A DNA stretch of 64,000 bases from an uncultured virus (IMG/VR IMGVR_UViG_3300009080_001637). Lineage: Duplodnaviria; Heunggongvirae; Uroviricota; Caudoviricetes. The position numbers were made by a program, and so were the translations under genes. The notes beneath the pieces are model-generated. The model did no database searches. It was not told the origin of the DNA and worked only from the letters and a program-made list of their open reading frames with translations. Of this stretch, positions 27,111-36,014 are shown one piece after another. Position 1 is the first letter of the stretch; each line of letters starts with the position of its first letter. Location of the stretch: the IMG/VR virus record IMGVR_UViG_3300009080_001637. One strand, given 5' to 3'.

Positions 27111-27902
27111 ATGAATAAGCCAGAATACATTCTTAGAAAGAAAATAAAAAAAATTATAAGAGAGTCTTATAATAAAAAACTTAATGAAGAACAAAAACTT
27201 AGGGCAGTAATACAACGTCTTTTAGAACTTAAATATTCTGAATTGTCTTTGAATGAGGCGAGATTGGACATAGTCGACGATGATTTTATTGTATCGACCA
27301 AAGAAGAAGACGAAGAACAGAAAGAACAAGAAAAAGAGATCAATAAACTATCTGATGAAGAAAAAGCGGTCAGAAAAGATACGGTTGAGGAAGATGATAA
27401 GACCGGGATAAACTATGCTATCGATGCCTTAAGTCGTGTTGGCCCATCTATTGTAGGTAAATATGAAAAACTAGAAAATGAAATAGATCAACAGTATTAC
27501 TATGACTGGATATTCATTAATGTCCTTCTTGGTTTGTATCGTAAAGAAACAACAATGTCTCTTGGGGATCCTATGACTGATCCTATGGACGCAATACCAG
27601 AAGAATTCATCCCTGTTGTTGAAAAACATCGCCCAAAAGGGGGGGAACAAGGAACTGACGATGCGAAAAGAACTTCCAATAAAGAACTTCCAACGGGTGT
27701 TAAGGCTGTTGCGCCAGTATTTAAAGAAATTGAGCCTCAATTATCAACATTTTATGCAGAACTTACAACAGATATTTCCCAGAGAAAAAGCTTTATCAAA
27801 GCTATTATTAGTGGTATAAGAAATACTTTAGATCCTCAAAGAGTATTAAACGATCTTGAAAAAGAGTTAACACAGGGAATGGAAATTGATATTCTAGATT
27901 AA
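27111..27902 (+). CDS. Hypothetical protein with repeated N-terminal tag helices
   Basis: LRKKIKKIIRE..LNEEQKLRAVIQRLLE..LNE. Confidence 0.75.
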   Translation: MNKPEYILRKKIKKIIRESYNKKLNEEQKLRAVIQRLLELKYSELSLNEARLDIVDDDFIVSTKEEDEEQKEQEKEINKLSDEEKAVRKDTVEEDDKTGINYAIDALSRVGPSIVGKYEKLENEIDQQYYYDWIFINVLLGLYRKETTMSLGDPMTDPMDAIPEEFIPVVEKHRPKGGEQGTDDAKRTSNKELPTGVKAVAPVFKEIEPQLSTFYAELTTDISQRKSFIKAIISGIRNTLDPQRVLNDLEKELTQGMEIDILD

Positions 27903-27914
27903 AATCTTATATAC

Positions 27915-27942
27915 ATTATACCATGATTTCGAATCTTGTCAA
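27915..27942 (-). promoter_or_regulatory. Consensus sigma70 promoter on the antisense strand
   Basis: Minus strand TTGACA-16 bp-TATAAT with extended TGn. Confidence 0.55.
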
Positions 27943-27979
27943 GGGCTAAATTGATCAATTAGAGTATCGGTGAGGACTA

Positions 27980-28357
27980 ATGGTCTGGAAAAGAAAAATA
28001 AGTAGAAGATATCCAAAGAGAAATTGGACAAAAATAAAAAACTACAGTATTTCAAGAAAATTAAAAGAAGAAGGCCTAATTAATACAGAGTTTGAAGTCA
28101 GACTCGCTTCTTTATCTCTCGAAGATATCATAGCTCTGAAATTAGACTTAACATCAGAAACTTTAGGCGGGTATTTTTATGGGATACCATTTTGGAAAAT
28201 AATGCCGTTTATAATTAAAGAGGCTGTTTTAAAATACGCAATGACAGCTTGCTATTCTAAGAAAGATGTAGGGAGATTTCTTGGGATAAGAGAAAAAGAA
28301 CTCTTTAAATTGTTAAAGCAATATAAAATAGAAGAGTATTTTGGAGAATCAGAATAA
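27980..28357 (+). CDS. Protein with C-terminal Fis-like HTH
   Basis: KEAVLKYAM..SKKDVGRFLGI...LFKLLKQYKI. Confidence 0.6.
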   Translation: MVWKRKISRRYPKRNWTKIKNYSISRKLKEEGLINTEFEVRLASLSLEDIIALKLDLTSETLGGYFYGIPFWKIMPFIIKEAVLKYAMTACYSKKDVGRFLGIREKELFKLLKQYKIEEYFGESE

Positions 28358-29199
28358 TGTCAGGTTTTAGTAGTGGGTTTTCAACCCCAGCAGTAGTAGA
28401 AGCTGTCGTCGAGGGTGCAACTATCGTCGAGGGTGCGTCCTTTGACGCGCTGGCTATCTTAGCGAAGACCAAAGACCATGGTGTCTTGATGGTCGATACA
28501 TCAACAGGATTTTATTACAAGAATTGGAAGACGGACGGCCCCGGGATCCCTGTACCGGTGCGGTACTATGACGATGTCACGGCCTACGCTTCCAATGGGG
28601 GTGCCGTCAGACCAAACGCTTATTTTACACTCGCAGATGCCGAGGCGGATATCGTCACGGGGACAAGTGGAGAAGACTGGACGGTCTTTGAAAATGCAAC
28701 CTCCTCAATCACAAAATCAGCGGACGGACCCGCGACGCTCACTGCGACCACTAACTCTTGCGGCCTTCGTTTCTTTGCTAGCGCACCTCACGACAAACAC
28801 TTGGTGATCTGTAAAATCCGATCTCAAGGGACCACAAACAATGGGTATTGCGTCGTCTTGCCAGTCGGCAACAGCGGCGGGACTGCTTATTATCACTATT
28901 TTAATTTGACCAAAAGCGGGAATGACACGGTCAAGGCCACAACCAGCAATGGCTCCTCCGTGCTCAGCTATGGCGATCGCTTTTCAATCTCAACTCCTGC
29001 GTGGGTCGTTTTTGTAGTTGACGCGTCGGACGCAAATAGTGGGTTTAGTGGGCAGTCGACGACGGGTCCAGAGATCTGTATGGCTGAGCGTGGTAATGCG
29101 ACCTCCATCGCATCCTCTTCTAATCAGTCTTTGCTTTTTCTGGTAGGGGCAAGCGCTGCCACTCTCGAAATCGACGAAGCTCACGTGCTCAAAATATAG
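28357..29199 (+). CDS. Hypothetical beta-rich (fibre/decoration-like) protein, GC-richer than flanks
   Basis: 280-aa Ser/Thr/Ala/Gly-rich ORF. Confidence 0.6.
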   Translation: MSGFSSGFSTPAVVEAVVEGATIVEGASFDALAILAKTKDHGVLMVDTSTGFYYKNWKTDGPGIPVPVRYYDDVTAYASNGGAVRPNAYFTLADAEADIVTGTSGEDWTVFENATSSITKSADGPATLTATTNSCGLRFFASAPHDKHLVICKIRSQGTTNNGYCVVLPVGNSGGTAYYHYFNLTKSGNDTVKATTSNGSSVLSYGDRFSISTPAWVVFVVDASDANSGFSGQSTTGPEICMAERGNATSIASSSNQSLLFLVGASAATLEIDEAHVLKI

Positions 29200-29202
29200 G
29201 AA

Positions 29203-29520
29203 TTGATTATGCTTTTATTATCTGAAAATTTCATCATCACCGAAGGGTCTGCACAGTCAGGCCGGATCGTGGCTCAAGTCCCCTGCGCTGGTGTCGTCAC
29301 CTGTGAAGGCTGCACTGTCGAAGCGCACTGGATTAGCGCACCGAAGACTCTGATCCTCAGCTTTGAAGACTCAGAGCAAGTCCAGCTCCTCTGTGGTCTT
29401 CCTGTCGACAGTGATTTGACTGTGGCTCAGTTAAAATCTATCTGCACCCAACTCAGTCTCTCGACATCAGGTTTAGAACAAGATCTTATCGACCGAATCA
29501 AAGATCATTTAGGCCTTTAA
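29203..29520 (+). CDS. SAP-domain protein
   Basis: LTVAQLKSICTQLSLSTSGLEQDLIDRIKDHL fits the SAP helix-extension-helix consensus. Confidence 0.7.
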   Translation: MIMLLLSENFIITEGSAQSGRIVAQVPCAGVVTCEGCTVEAHWISAPKTLILSFEDSEQVQLLCGLPVDSDLTVAQLKSICTQLSLSTSGLEQDLIDRIKDHLGL

Positions 29521-30257
29521 TAAAAATTCAATATTGTTATCAAATTGGGCGAATAAACAATATAATCAACATCCTTGTGCTTCATTGAGACTATTCCGAT
29601 AACTCGTCCCCAAGAATCTAAGATTGCAGACCCTGACGCTCCACCCGTAACCGGCATCGAGATCACAGAAATCCCAAAAGCCGAATCATTACCGGAAAAT
29701 ATGCCCTTGACCATCACTGGTGCGTCCTTATGGAGAACTCCCGCAGGAGCGGAGATATTATAGACAGGCTCTCCGGATTCCGGGATTCTATTTGAGATTT
29801 CCAAAGTCTTAACTCCGAATAACCCTCTTATCCTAGCAAGACAAAGATCGCTCTTAACATCTTTCTTGACAATCTCAAGGCTGTATGTTTTATATCCCAC
29901 AGTGATCGCCCTGTTTATAATCTCTGTCTTGTCAGCAACGATCCCGAAAAAAGACCTTGCCGAGTGAGCTAACCTTTCATCGCTGCAGACGTGGGCCGCT
30001 GATGCGACCAGAGCACCAGTCTTATCTTCTCCGATAAAAAACCCGCTTCCTACCGATAACAGTTCTGTGTGTACCGTTTCGCAGGTACCTTTAGTGCATA
30101 ACCCGACAACCAAGTGAGTTTCAATTTTTACAAAAGAATCTTGAGTATGTTGGAAGATATCCTGTTCTTTGTAATAATTATTAACAGGGGCGATGAGACA
30201 GGAAGTAAAAAAAACCGAACAGAAAACGCTAAGAACTAGGTAGTTAAAGTTTGACAT
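29517..30257 (-). CDS. Trypsin-like (S1/HtrA-type, no PDZ) serine protease with possible lipoprotein signal
   Basis: GSGFF, SAAHVC, DLCL, GGASGSAI triad motifs; hydrophobic N-terminus ending FTSC. Confidence 0.85.
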   Translation of the reverse strand: MSNFNYLVLSVFCSVFFTSCLIAPVNNYYKEQDIFQHTQDSFVKIETHLVVGLCTKGTCETVHTELLSVGSGFFIGEDKTGALVASAAHVCSDERLAHSARSFFGIVADKTEIINRAITVGYKTYSLEIVKKDVKSDLCLARIRGLFGVKTLEISNRIPESGEPVYNISAPAGVLHKDAPVMVKGIFSGNDSAFGISVISMPVTGGASGSAILDSWGRVIGIVSMKHKDVDYIVYSPNLITILNFY

Positions 30258-30325
30258 AATATTTCCTCCATATAATAGTTAGATGATCATAAGGCTTTTT
30301 AAATAAAAAACACGGAGTTACTCAA

Positions 30326-31651
30326 ATGGCTAAAAAAAACTATGTGCTAGATACGAATGTTATTCTTACAAGCTGGGGGTCTATCAATTCGTTTGAAAAT
30401 AATGATATTGTTATCCCACTTAAAGTTTTGGAAGAAGTGGACAAACATAAGCAGCGTCAAGACACAGTTGGGTCCAACGCTCGACAGTTCATCAGACATC
30501 TCGATTTATTGAGAAATTCGGGCAACATTTGTTCGGGGGTAAGGCTTGGTAAGGGCAAGGGCCTCATAAGAGTTTCTACGCCCAAATTAGACCTTCTACC
30601 GTCTAGTTTTGACCAAAATCACCCGGACAACCAAATCATTGCAACTGCCCTAACAGAGATCGAGAAAGAAAATGATTCTGGCAGGAAAAATCTCCGAAAA
30701 ACTATTCTTGTATCTCGCGATATTAACATGCGCGTCAAATGTGATTCTATTGGTGTCTTGACTGAGGAATATAAAACTGATCAGGTGGTCAAAAATAAGA
30801 CCGATCTTTTTACCGGATTTATAACGCAGTTGGTTGACGACGAAGTGATTGATCGATTTTATAGAGGGGAAGACATCTATTTCGATGAAGAAGATGGGTT
30901 TTTCTATCCAAATCAGTTTATTATGTTGGTTTCCTCTTCTAATGAAAAGAAGACGGCCCTTTGTCGATTTTTAGATTATATAAATCCACTTAAAAAGCTT
31001 TCTGAAGATAGTGATATTTGGGGCCTCAAGCCTAGAAACAAAGAACAGACTTTTGCAGCAGATCTTTTACGAGATAGCGATATCCCGTTTGTTTCTCTTG
31101 TTGGTAAAGCTGGCACAGGAAAGACGCTACTGGCAACAGCTATGGGTCTCCAGCAGGTTTTAGAAGAGAAGAAATATAAACACCTAATTATTTCAAGGCC
31201 GATACAGCCGATGGGCAAAGATATTGGGTACCTTCCGGGGTCGCTCGAAGAGAAGATGTTGCCTTGGTTAGCTCCCGTCCAAGATAACTTAAAATTCCTT
31301 TTTGGGAACGACAAAGAAACTTTGAAGATGTACGTTCAGAATGGCGTTATCGAAATTGAAGCTCTTACCTATATTAGAGGTCGCAGCATCTCAAACGCTT
31401 TCATTATCATCGATGAAGCTCAGAATCTTACGATCCATGAGTTGAAAACAATTGTAACTAGAGTCGGAGAAGATACAAAGATTGTTCTCACTGGAGATAT
31501 TGAACAGATTGATAATGTTTATCTTGACGAGACAACCAATGGTCTGGCTTACGCTATTGAGAAACTCAAATCATATGATCTCTCAGGTCATGTCACCCTC
31601 AAAAAAGGCGAGAGATCAAAAATCGCAACCTTAGCTGCAAAAGTATTATAA
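30326..31651 (+). CDS. phoH: PIN-PhoH (PhoH2/YlaK-like) protein
   Basis: YVLDTNV, PDNQII, LVSRDINMRVK (PIN); GKAGTGKT, IGYLPG, YIRGRS, IDEAQN, GDIEQID (PhoH). Confidence 0.92.
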   Translation: MAKKNYVLDTNVILTSWGSINSFENNDIVIPLKVLEEVDKHKQRQDTVGSNARQFIRHLDLLRNSGNICSGVRLGKGKGLIRVSTPKLDLLPSSFDQNHPDNQIIATALTEIEKENDSGRKNLRKTILVSRDINMRVKCDSIGVLTEEYKTDQVVKNKTDLFTGFITQLVDDEVIDRFYRGEDIYFDEEDGFFYPNQFIMLVSSSNEKKTALCRFLDYINPLKKLSEDSDIWGLKPRNKEQTFAADLLRDSDIPFVSLVGKAGTGKTLLATAMGLQQVLEEKKYKHLIISRPIQPMGKDIGYLPGSLEEKMLPWLAPVQDNLKFLFGNDKETLKMYVQNGVIEIEALTYIRGRSISNAFIIIDEAQNLTIHELKTIVTRVGEDTKIVLTGDIEQIDNVYLDETTNGLAYAIEKLKSYDLSGHVTLKKGERSKIATLAAKVL

Positions 31652-31658
31652 AAAAAAC

Positions 31659-31687
31659 TTGACAACTCGGAACAACAGGAGTATAAT
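31659..31687 (+). promoter_or_regulatory. Perfect-consensus sigma70 promoter
   Basis: TTGACA-17 bp-TATAAT. Confidence 0.85.
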
Positions 31688-31714
31688 TGTAAAAAACTCT
31701 TAAAAAGGAATAAG

Positions 31715-32011
31715 ATGAAAACAATTAATAATACAATTAAAGAAGATACATTCAATAATCAACAACTTAATAAAACAGTAAATACAGATAATGAACTTAG
31801 AGAGTTTATTGTTAATTATGTTGGTAATAAATTAGATCCAAAGGATGATCAAGTTACTGTTGAGATGGTTGTTGAAGTAGTCGCAAAAGAATTCCCTGAG
31901 TTCTTACTGGCGGTTGCTGAAGAAAACTGGGTCAGAGGTTATAAACAAGCATTTGATGATTTAGAAGAAGGGGCCCCCTCGAACTCTACAACGCAATCCC
32001 CTCAGGTGTGA
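31715..32011 (+). CDS. Hypothetical protein
   Basis: 98-aa ORF with AAGGA RBS. Confidence 0.75.
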   Translation: MKTINNTIKEDTFNNQQLNKTVNTDNELREFIVNYVGNKLDPKDDQVTVEMVVEVVAKEFPEFLLAVAEENWVRGYKQAFDDLEEGAPSNSTTQSPQV

Positions 32012-32018
32012 AAGAAAA

Positions 32019-32723
32019 GTGATTAAAGGATATATTAGAGAGAGTGCTTCAAATTCTAAGAAGAATCTAAAATCTTTTCACATGTTAAATGGAAAAGTTT
32101 TAGTAACAATCAGAGACCCTCTACCCAAAGATTTTAATATTCAAACCGTGTTTGAAGCGGTTGAAACAAAACTTCCTGAAAAACTATTTTTTTTGATTGA
32201 CCATATAATAATCGGTGAACATCCAGTTTTCAAACAAAAGAAGGTTAATGCCTACTACAAAGAGAACACCCTTTTTATAACTCCTGACCAAAAGGACTCC
32301 ATGGACATGGTCGACGATATCATTCATGAAATTGCCCACGTAATAGAAGACTACTATCACGATCAAATCTATGGCGATAGAGCTATCGAAGAGGAATTTT
32401 TAACAAAAAGAGCTTTATTACTTGACATCCTTAACCAACATGGTTATATTAATAAAGAGGATATTAAATTATTTAAAGGTTTGAAATTCAATGATACCTT
32501 TGACGATCTTCTTTATAAAGAAATTGGATATCCCATTTTATCTAAACTAATTACAAATCTATTTCTTGGGCCTTACTCAATAACTTCAATTAGGGAATAT
32601 TTTGCTGTTGCGTTTGAAGAGTATTTTACCGATTATGTGGGAGCCAAAGAAGTGAAGAAGCTGTGCCCCACAGTCTTCAATAAAATTAAAATGTTAGAGA
32701 ATCATTTTGATGAGGAATCATGA
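32019..32723 (+). CDS. HExxH zinc metallopeptidase-like protein
   Basis: IIHEIAHVIE ... REYFAVAFEEY. Confidence 0.7.
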   Translation: MIKGYIRESASNSKKNLKSFHMLNGKVLVTIRDPLPKDFNIQTVFEAVETKLPEKLFFLIDHIIIGEHPVFKQKKVNAYYKENTLFITPDQKDSMDMVDDIIHEIAHVIEDYYHDQIYGDRAIEEEFLTKRALLLDILNQHGYINKEDIKLFKGLKFNDTFDDLLYKEIGYPILSKLITNLFLGPYSITSIREYFAVAFEEYFTDYVGAKEVKKLCPTVFNKIKMLENHFDEES

Positions 32724-33493
32724 GTGAAAAAAAACATATCTCTTTTTCAGAGATGAAATATTGGAATTTTTGCCCTTATTACCACAAGTTAGTCTATATT
32801 GACGGGATTAAAGGGTTTACAGGCAATGTATTTACTGCCTTTGGAACAGCACTACACGCAGTTTGTGAGAAGGTAGTCCTAAAAGAGGTCGAAGAATACA
32901 ACTCATCAAGGTTTTTTGTAGACCAATTTGTGAAAGAGCTCTCCAGCCTCGATGAAACCCCCGATGACGATACTATAGAACAGTTCATGAACCAAGGTTT
33001 AGATCTCGCTCCCATCGCTATACCGGAACTAAGGAAAAAATTTGGCGAATTCGAAATAATTGGTGTTGAAGAGCGGCTTTACGAACCAATTGAAGGTATG
33101 GACTATAACTTCAAAGGTTTTATCGACCTTGTTATTAAGACCACCGATGGTAAATATCATGTTATTGATTGGAAAAGTTGTTCATGGGGCTGGGATTCTA
33201 GAAAAAAAACAGACCCGATGGTTGTGTATCAGTTGGTCTTATACAAAAACTTTTTCGCGCAGAAGTATGGAATTGAGCTCGATAAGATCGAAGCCCACTT
33301 CGCGCTTCTCAAGCGAACTGCAAAAAATAATAAGGTTGAGTTCATTAGAACAACAACTGGCACAAAAAGAATTAAAAATTCTATTGACTTGTTAAATAAA
33401 TCTGTGTATAATATAAAGAAAAAAAACCATTTCAAAAATAGACTTAAATGTTCTAATTGTGAATTCAATCATACTGAACATTGCAAAAGGTAA
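32720..33493 (+). CDS. PD-(D/E)XK exonuclease, Cas4/RecB-like
   Basis: FCPY, FGTALH, VEERL, GFIDLV, IDWKS, QLVLY, C-terminal CSNC..C. Confidence 0.85.
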   Translation: MSEKKHISFSEMKYWNFCPYYHKLVYIDGIKGFTGNVFTAFGTALHAVCEKVVLKEVEEYNSSRFFVDQFVKELSSLDETPDDDTIEQFMNQGLDLAPIAIPELRKKFGEFEIIGVEERLYEPIEGMDYNFKGFIDLVIKTTDGKYHVIDWKSCSWGWDSRKKTDPMVVYQLVLYKNFFAQKYGIELDKIEAHFALLKRTAKNNKVEFIRTTTGTKRIKNSIDLLNKSVYNIKKKNHFKNRLKCSNCEFNHTEHCKR

Positions 33494-33497
33494 ATGA

Positions 33498-34757
33498 ATG
33501 AAAGAAAAAATTAAAGTGTTGGTCTTGAGTGACCACCCCTTCGCTCCTAGTGGCGTTGGTACTCAAACAAGATATATGATTGAGCATCTTTTGGAGACAG
33601 GAGACTTCTCATTTGCTTGTGTGGCCGGGGCAGTTGCCCACAAAGACTATAAACCTCAAAAAACGGACAAGTGGGGAGAAGACCTTATTATATTCCCTGT
33701 TAAAGGATATGGCGATAAGAATACTGTTAGATCCCTATTGAGAGCGCATAAGCCTGATATCTTGTGGTTTATGACCGACCCTCGGTTTTGGGGATGGCTT
33801 TGGGAAATGGAAGACGAAATTCGCTCTCTTGTTCCGATGATATATTACCATGTTTGGGATAATTATCCTGCTCCCACTTATAACCGCGTCTTCTACGAAT
33901 CAACTGACAAAGTGGTGACGATATCAAAAGTTACTGATAGTGTAGTAAGAGAGGTCGCCCCTAATGTTGATGTGGAATATCTACCGCACGCTGTTGACCC
34001 TAATGTATTTAAGCCTTATTCTGACGAGAAGATCAGTGAAATAAGAAAAACTAATTTTCCTAACTTTGGAGAAGATCATTTTCTTGTATTCTGGAACAAC
34101 AGAAATGCAAGGAGAAAACAAACAGGCTCGCTGATCTATTGGTTCAAGAAATTCATTGACAAGGTCGGCCACGATAAAGCAACACTTCTTCTCCATACGG
34201 ACCCAAAAGATCCTCATGGTCAAGATCTGCACGCGATCTTGACCGAGCTTGATTTAAAAGACAAACAAGTTTTACTTTCGACAGATAAATTGCCTCCCGA
34301 GCACCTTGGTGCACTATATAACGCCGCTGATCTCACAATCAATATATCAGATGCAGAAGGCTTCGGCCTCGCCACTTTAGAAAGTCTTTCTTGTGGGACT
34401 CCGATCTTAGTAAATATGACGGGAGGACTGCAGGAACAGGTCACCGATGGAGATTCATGGTTTGGTATTGGGATACAACCCTCTTCTAAGGCCGTGATTG
34501 GGTCACAGCAGGTGCCTTTTATTTACGAAGACAGATTAAATGAGGATGACGTAGTTTACGCCCTCGAAGAGATCTACAACATGTCTAAACAAGAAAGAAA
34601 AGAATTAGGCATGAAGGGTCGAGCACATGTCGAGAAAAACTATAATTTCAAAGATTATAAGCTGAAGTGGGAAAAAGTCATGAGAGATTTTCATGAAAAA
34701 CATGGAAGTTGGGATGACAGAAAGAACTATAAACGCTTCAGAGAACACACTTTTTAA
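33498..34757 (+). CDS. GT4-family glycosyltransferase
   Basis: NNRNARRK, LYNAADL, EGFGLATLESLSCGTP. Confidence 0.9.
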   Translation: MKEKIKVLVLSDHPFAPSGVGTQTRYMIEHLLETGDFSFACVAGAVAHKDYKPQKTDKWGEDLIIFPVKGYGDKNTVRSLLRAHKPDILWFMTDPRFWGWLWEMEDEIRSLVPMIYYHVWDNYPAPTYNRVFYESTDKVVTISKVTDSVVREVAPNVDVEYLPHAVDPNVFKPYSDEKISEIRKTNFPNFGEDHFLVFWNNRNARRKQTGSLIYWFKKFIDKVGHDKATLLLHTDPKDPHGQDLHAILTELDLKDKQVLLSTDKLPPEHLGALYNAADLTINISDAEGFGLATLESLSCGTPILVNMTGGLQEQVTDGDSWFGIGIQPSSKAVIGSQQVPFIYEDRLNEDDVVYALEEIYNMSKQERKELGMKGRAHVEKNYNFKDYKLKWEKVMRDFHEKHGSWDDRKNYKRFREHTF

Positions 34758-34766
34758 AGGTATAAA

Positions 34767-36014
34767 ATGAGAAAGAAAGTTTTAGTATGGGGTCCGGCTC
34801 TAACTCAAACCGGATATGGTGAACAAGCTCGTTTTGCCCTTCGTGCCCTTCGTCATCACGAAGACAAATTTGATATTTTCTTACATACAGTCAACTGGGG
34901 TAAATCTAGTTGGCTTTGGGATGATAATGAAGAGCGCGCATGGCTTGAATATTTAATTCAGAAGACCGCGCACTATAAAAACTCTGGTGGTCAGTTTGAT
35001 ATTTCCATTCAGTGTACTATTCCAAATGAATGGCAAAAATTAGCACCAGTAAATATTGGCTATACTGCTGGCATTGAAACAACTAAGATTGCACCACAGT
35101 GGATTGAAAAATCTCGCCTGATGGATAATATTATCTTTACATCAAATCATTCAAAAGATGTTTTTATGAATACAAGTTATTCGGGCAAAACACCGGATGG
35201 TCGGGAGATTAGCGATTTTAGATGTCAAACTCCCGGCCTTGTTGCAAATTATGCAGTAAGAAAATATGAACCAGAAGAATTAGATGTAGATTTTGATTAT
35301 GATTTTAATTTTCTCTCGGTCCTTCAGTGGAGTCCAAGAAAAAATGCAGAGGCAACAGTGAAATGGTTTGTTGAAGAGTTTTATGATCAAGAAATTGGAT
35401 TGATTTTGAAGTGCAATTTTGCAAACAATTCACTAGGTGATTTTGAAAAAACAAGAGACAAAATTGCATCTCTTCTTGATAATCCTGAGTATAAAGAACG
35501 AAAGTGTAAGATCCACCTTGTTCATGGATATTTGACACCGGGTCAAATGGCAGGTCTTTATACTCATCCAAAAGTTAAAGCCTTTCTTTCTTTAACTCAC
35601 GGTGAAGGGTATGGCCTTCCGCTGTTTGAGGCTGCAGGTCAAGGACTTCCAATTGTAACAACAGAGTGGAGTGGTCAAGCAGATTTTCTTTTTGCTGATG
35701 TCAAGAAAAAAGATGGAAAAACAAAAAAACGCCCACTCTTTGCTCAAGTTTCATATGATATTGGACCTATCCCCGAATCCGCTGTCTGGGATGGTGTACT
35801 TCAACGTGATTCAATGTGGTGCTATCCAAAAGAAGGCAGCGCAAAGATGAAGATGCGCGATGTTGTAAGAAATTATGATAGATATCTTTCACAAGCAAAT
35901 AAACTTCAGGAATGGATTTTAGAAGATTTTGAAGCTGGCAAAATGTATGATGGATTTGTTGCTCCCTTTTTAGAGGAATCTGATGATTCAGAAGAATTGG
36001 TAGAAATTGTATGA
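34767..36014 (+). CDS. GT4-family glycosyltransferase
   Basis: TGYG, PRKN, GEGYGLPLFEAAGQGLPIV. Confidence 0.9.
   Translation: MRKKVLVWGPALTQTGYGEQARFALRALRHHEDKFDIFLHTVNWGKSSWLWDDNEERAWLEYLIQKTAHYKNSGGQFDISIQCTIPNEWQKLAPVNIGYTAGIETTKIAPQWIEKSRLMDNIIFTSNHSKDVFMNTSYSGKTPDGREISDFRCQTPGLVANYAVRKYEPEELDVDFDYDFNFLSVLQWSPRKNAEATVKWFVEEFYDQEIGLILKCNFANNSLGDFEKTRDKIASLLDNPEYKERKCKIHLVHGYLTPGQMAGLYTHPKVKAFLSLTHGEGYGLPLFEAAGQGLPIVTTEWSGQADFLFADVKKKDGKTKKRPLFAQVSYDIGPIPESAVWDGVLQRDSMWCYPKEGSAKMKMRDVVRNYDRYLSQANKLQEWILEDFEAGKMYDGFVAPFLEESDDSEELVEIV

Noticed and set aside
32720..33493. CRISPR-associated Cas4
   Set aside because: Stand-alone Cas4-like exonucleases are common in phages; there is no cas1/cas2 or array in the window.
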